58,238 nucleotides of DNA from a virus (taxonomy: Duplodnaviria; Caudoviricetes): the IMG/VR virus record IMGVR_UViG_3300050343_000240, positions 1-58,238 of that record; one strand, 5' to 3'. A program made the translations under genes and the position numbers. Under the pieces are notes generated by a model that saw nothing but the letters and a program-made list of their open reading frames with translations, made no database searches and was not told the origin of the DNA. How positions within the stretch are numbered: the stretch's first letter is position 1; the number at the start of each line of letters is the position of its first letter. Below, in pieces: positions 57,266 to 58,238 of this stretch.

Positions 57266-58238
57266 ATGGCTTATACTACAGGTATTAATGAAAACTTATT
57301 AGTTAGCGGAGCGGCAGCAGCCGCCCCTAAATTTGCTGGTTATAGTAAAGAAATAGGTAAGTTTAAAGAAAATTTACAAGCTAATGCTAAATTAAGACAA
57401 CAGCAACTTGACGTAGAAAAAAAAGAAAATGATCTTAGATCAGCTGAATATTTATCAATAGATAGTGTAGATACATCGGGTTTAGGTAGCGATGTTCTTG
57501 GCGCTACTACAGAAGCCGCGGTTAATTTAAAAAATAAAGCTTTTGATTTAATAAAAAGAAAAAGCTCAATGGGCGTTACTGAATTTAATATTCAATATGC
57601 TGGATTACTTAAAGAGGTTCAATCTTTAAATGGCATGAATAAAATTAAAAAAGCTTTAGGTACTCAATATATAGAAGCTAAAAAAGACGGCGATGCCGCT
57701 CCTTGGGCTGACCCAGAACAGCAAAGACTTATACAGCTTGTAATAGACCAAGATATAAAAGATAAAAAATGGATTAATAAAGATGGTAAAATGTTTTTGT
57801 CCGTTACAAAAGATGGTAAAACAGATGAAATAAATTTAGCTGATCTTAAACCTATCGAAACTTCGGATCCTAGCAGTTATTTAAAATTAGAAGATGCTGC
57901 TAGAAAAAGACTTAAAACTATGTCTTTAAATTCTGGCTCTTTAACAGAAGATAGAATTAGGCAGGTTGCTGAAAAAAGCGTATTAGGACTTTCTGATACA
58001 GAGGCTAAAAACGCAGCTTTATATTATGTTTTAACAGATGTAAATACAGGAACAAAAAGATCTTTAGAAGAGCAAAGAGCGTATTTTAGACCAAAAGATG
58101 GTCAAACTAAAGAGGAAAGAATGTTTGAAATTAGAAAAGATATTGCCAATACTCTTTACAATAGAGAGTTAATACTTTATGGTAATGACTTAAATAAATT
58201 AAAACAGCCTAAACAAACTTCTACAGCAGGCTCTGGTA
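57266..58238 (+). CDS. 5' part of a putative internal virion protein that continues at position 1
   Basis: ATG at 57266, open to the end; final A plus initial TT gives ATT in frame. Confidence 0.8.
   Translation, partial: MAYTTGINENLLVSGAAAAAPKFAGYSKEIGKFKENLQANAKLRQQQLDVEKKENDLRSAEYLSIDSVDTSGLGSDVLGATTEAAVNLKNKAFDLIKRKSSMGVTEFNIQYAGLLKEVQSLNGMNKIKKALGTQYIEAKKDGDAAPWADPEQQRLIQLVIDQDIKDKKWINKDGKMFLSVTKDGKTDEINLADLKPIETSDPSSYLKLEDAARKRLKTMSLNSGSLTEDRIRQVAEKSVLGLSDTEAKNAALYYVLTDVNTGTKRSLEEQRAYFRPKDGQTKEERMFEIRKDIANTLYNRELILYGNDLNKLKQPKQTSTAGSG

Larger units (their letters stand above)
1..58238. mobile_element. Probably complete circularly permuted genome of a lytic tailed phage (podovirus-like, likely Bacteroidota host)
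   Basis: Terminase, portal, capsid, tail, lysis and replication modules are all present; the right-end ORF joins the left-end ORF in frame; no integrase and no flanking host genes. Confidence 0.9.

Noticed and set aside
1-58238. Stop-codon reassignment
   Set aside because: Genes are intact under the standard code, and TAA, TAG and TGA all end plausible genes

Overview
The window looks like one complete, circularly permuted 58,238-bp genome of an AT-rich lytic tailed phage, probably a podovirus of a Bacteroidota/Flavobacteriia host (host inferred from A-rich leaders without Shine-Dalgarno sites and from the SSB type). The ORF running off the right end continues in frame into the ORF at the left end. 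Two arms diverge at ~26.2-26.4 kb and converge at a terminator at ~9.33 kb. The minus arm carries small early genes behind 7 copies of a ~35-bp motif, then a sigma factor, ERF, exonuclease, SSB, primase-helicase, ThyA, a MazG-like fusion, a resolvase and NrdAB. The plus arm carries GroEL/GroES, small basic proteins, holin, tail fibre, terminase, portal, scaffold, capsid, tail, internal virion proteins and endolysin. I recognised no DNA polymerase, RNA polymerase, integrase or canonical tRNA. Best leads: (1) a 2311-aa putative ejected protein with an HExxH protease motif, recurring KFS/QLS linkers and an embedded sigma-70 region-2-like domain, possibly a virion-delivered sigma for the non-canonical early promoters; (2) a tail cassette of Pro-rich protein + prolyl-4-hydroxylase + DxD glycosyltransferase; (3) a conserved segment apparently missing from the tail nozzle protein and present at the N-terminus of the next gene; (4) twin 49-bp palindromic elements in inverted orientation flanking the early region; (5) three tandem structured RNA-like elements; (6) overprinted +1-frame ORFs. 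All protein family calls are by-eye motif recognition, not database searches.
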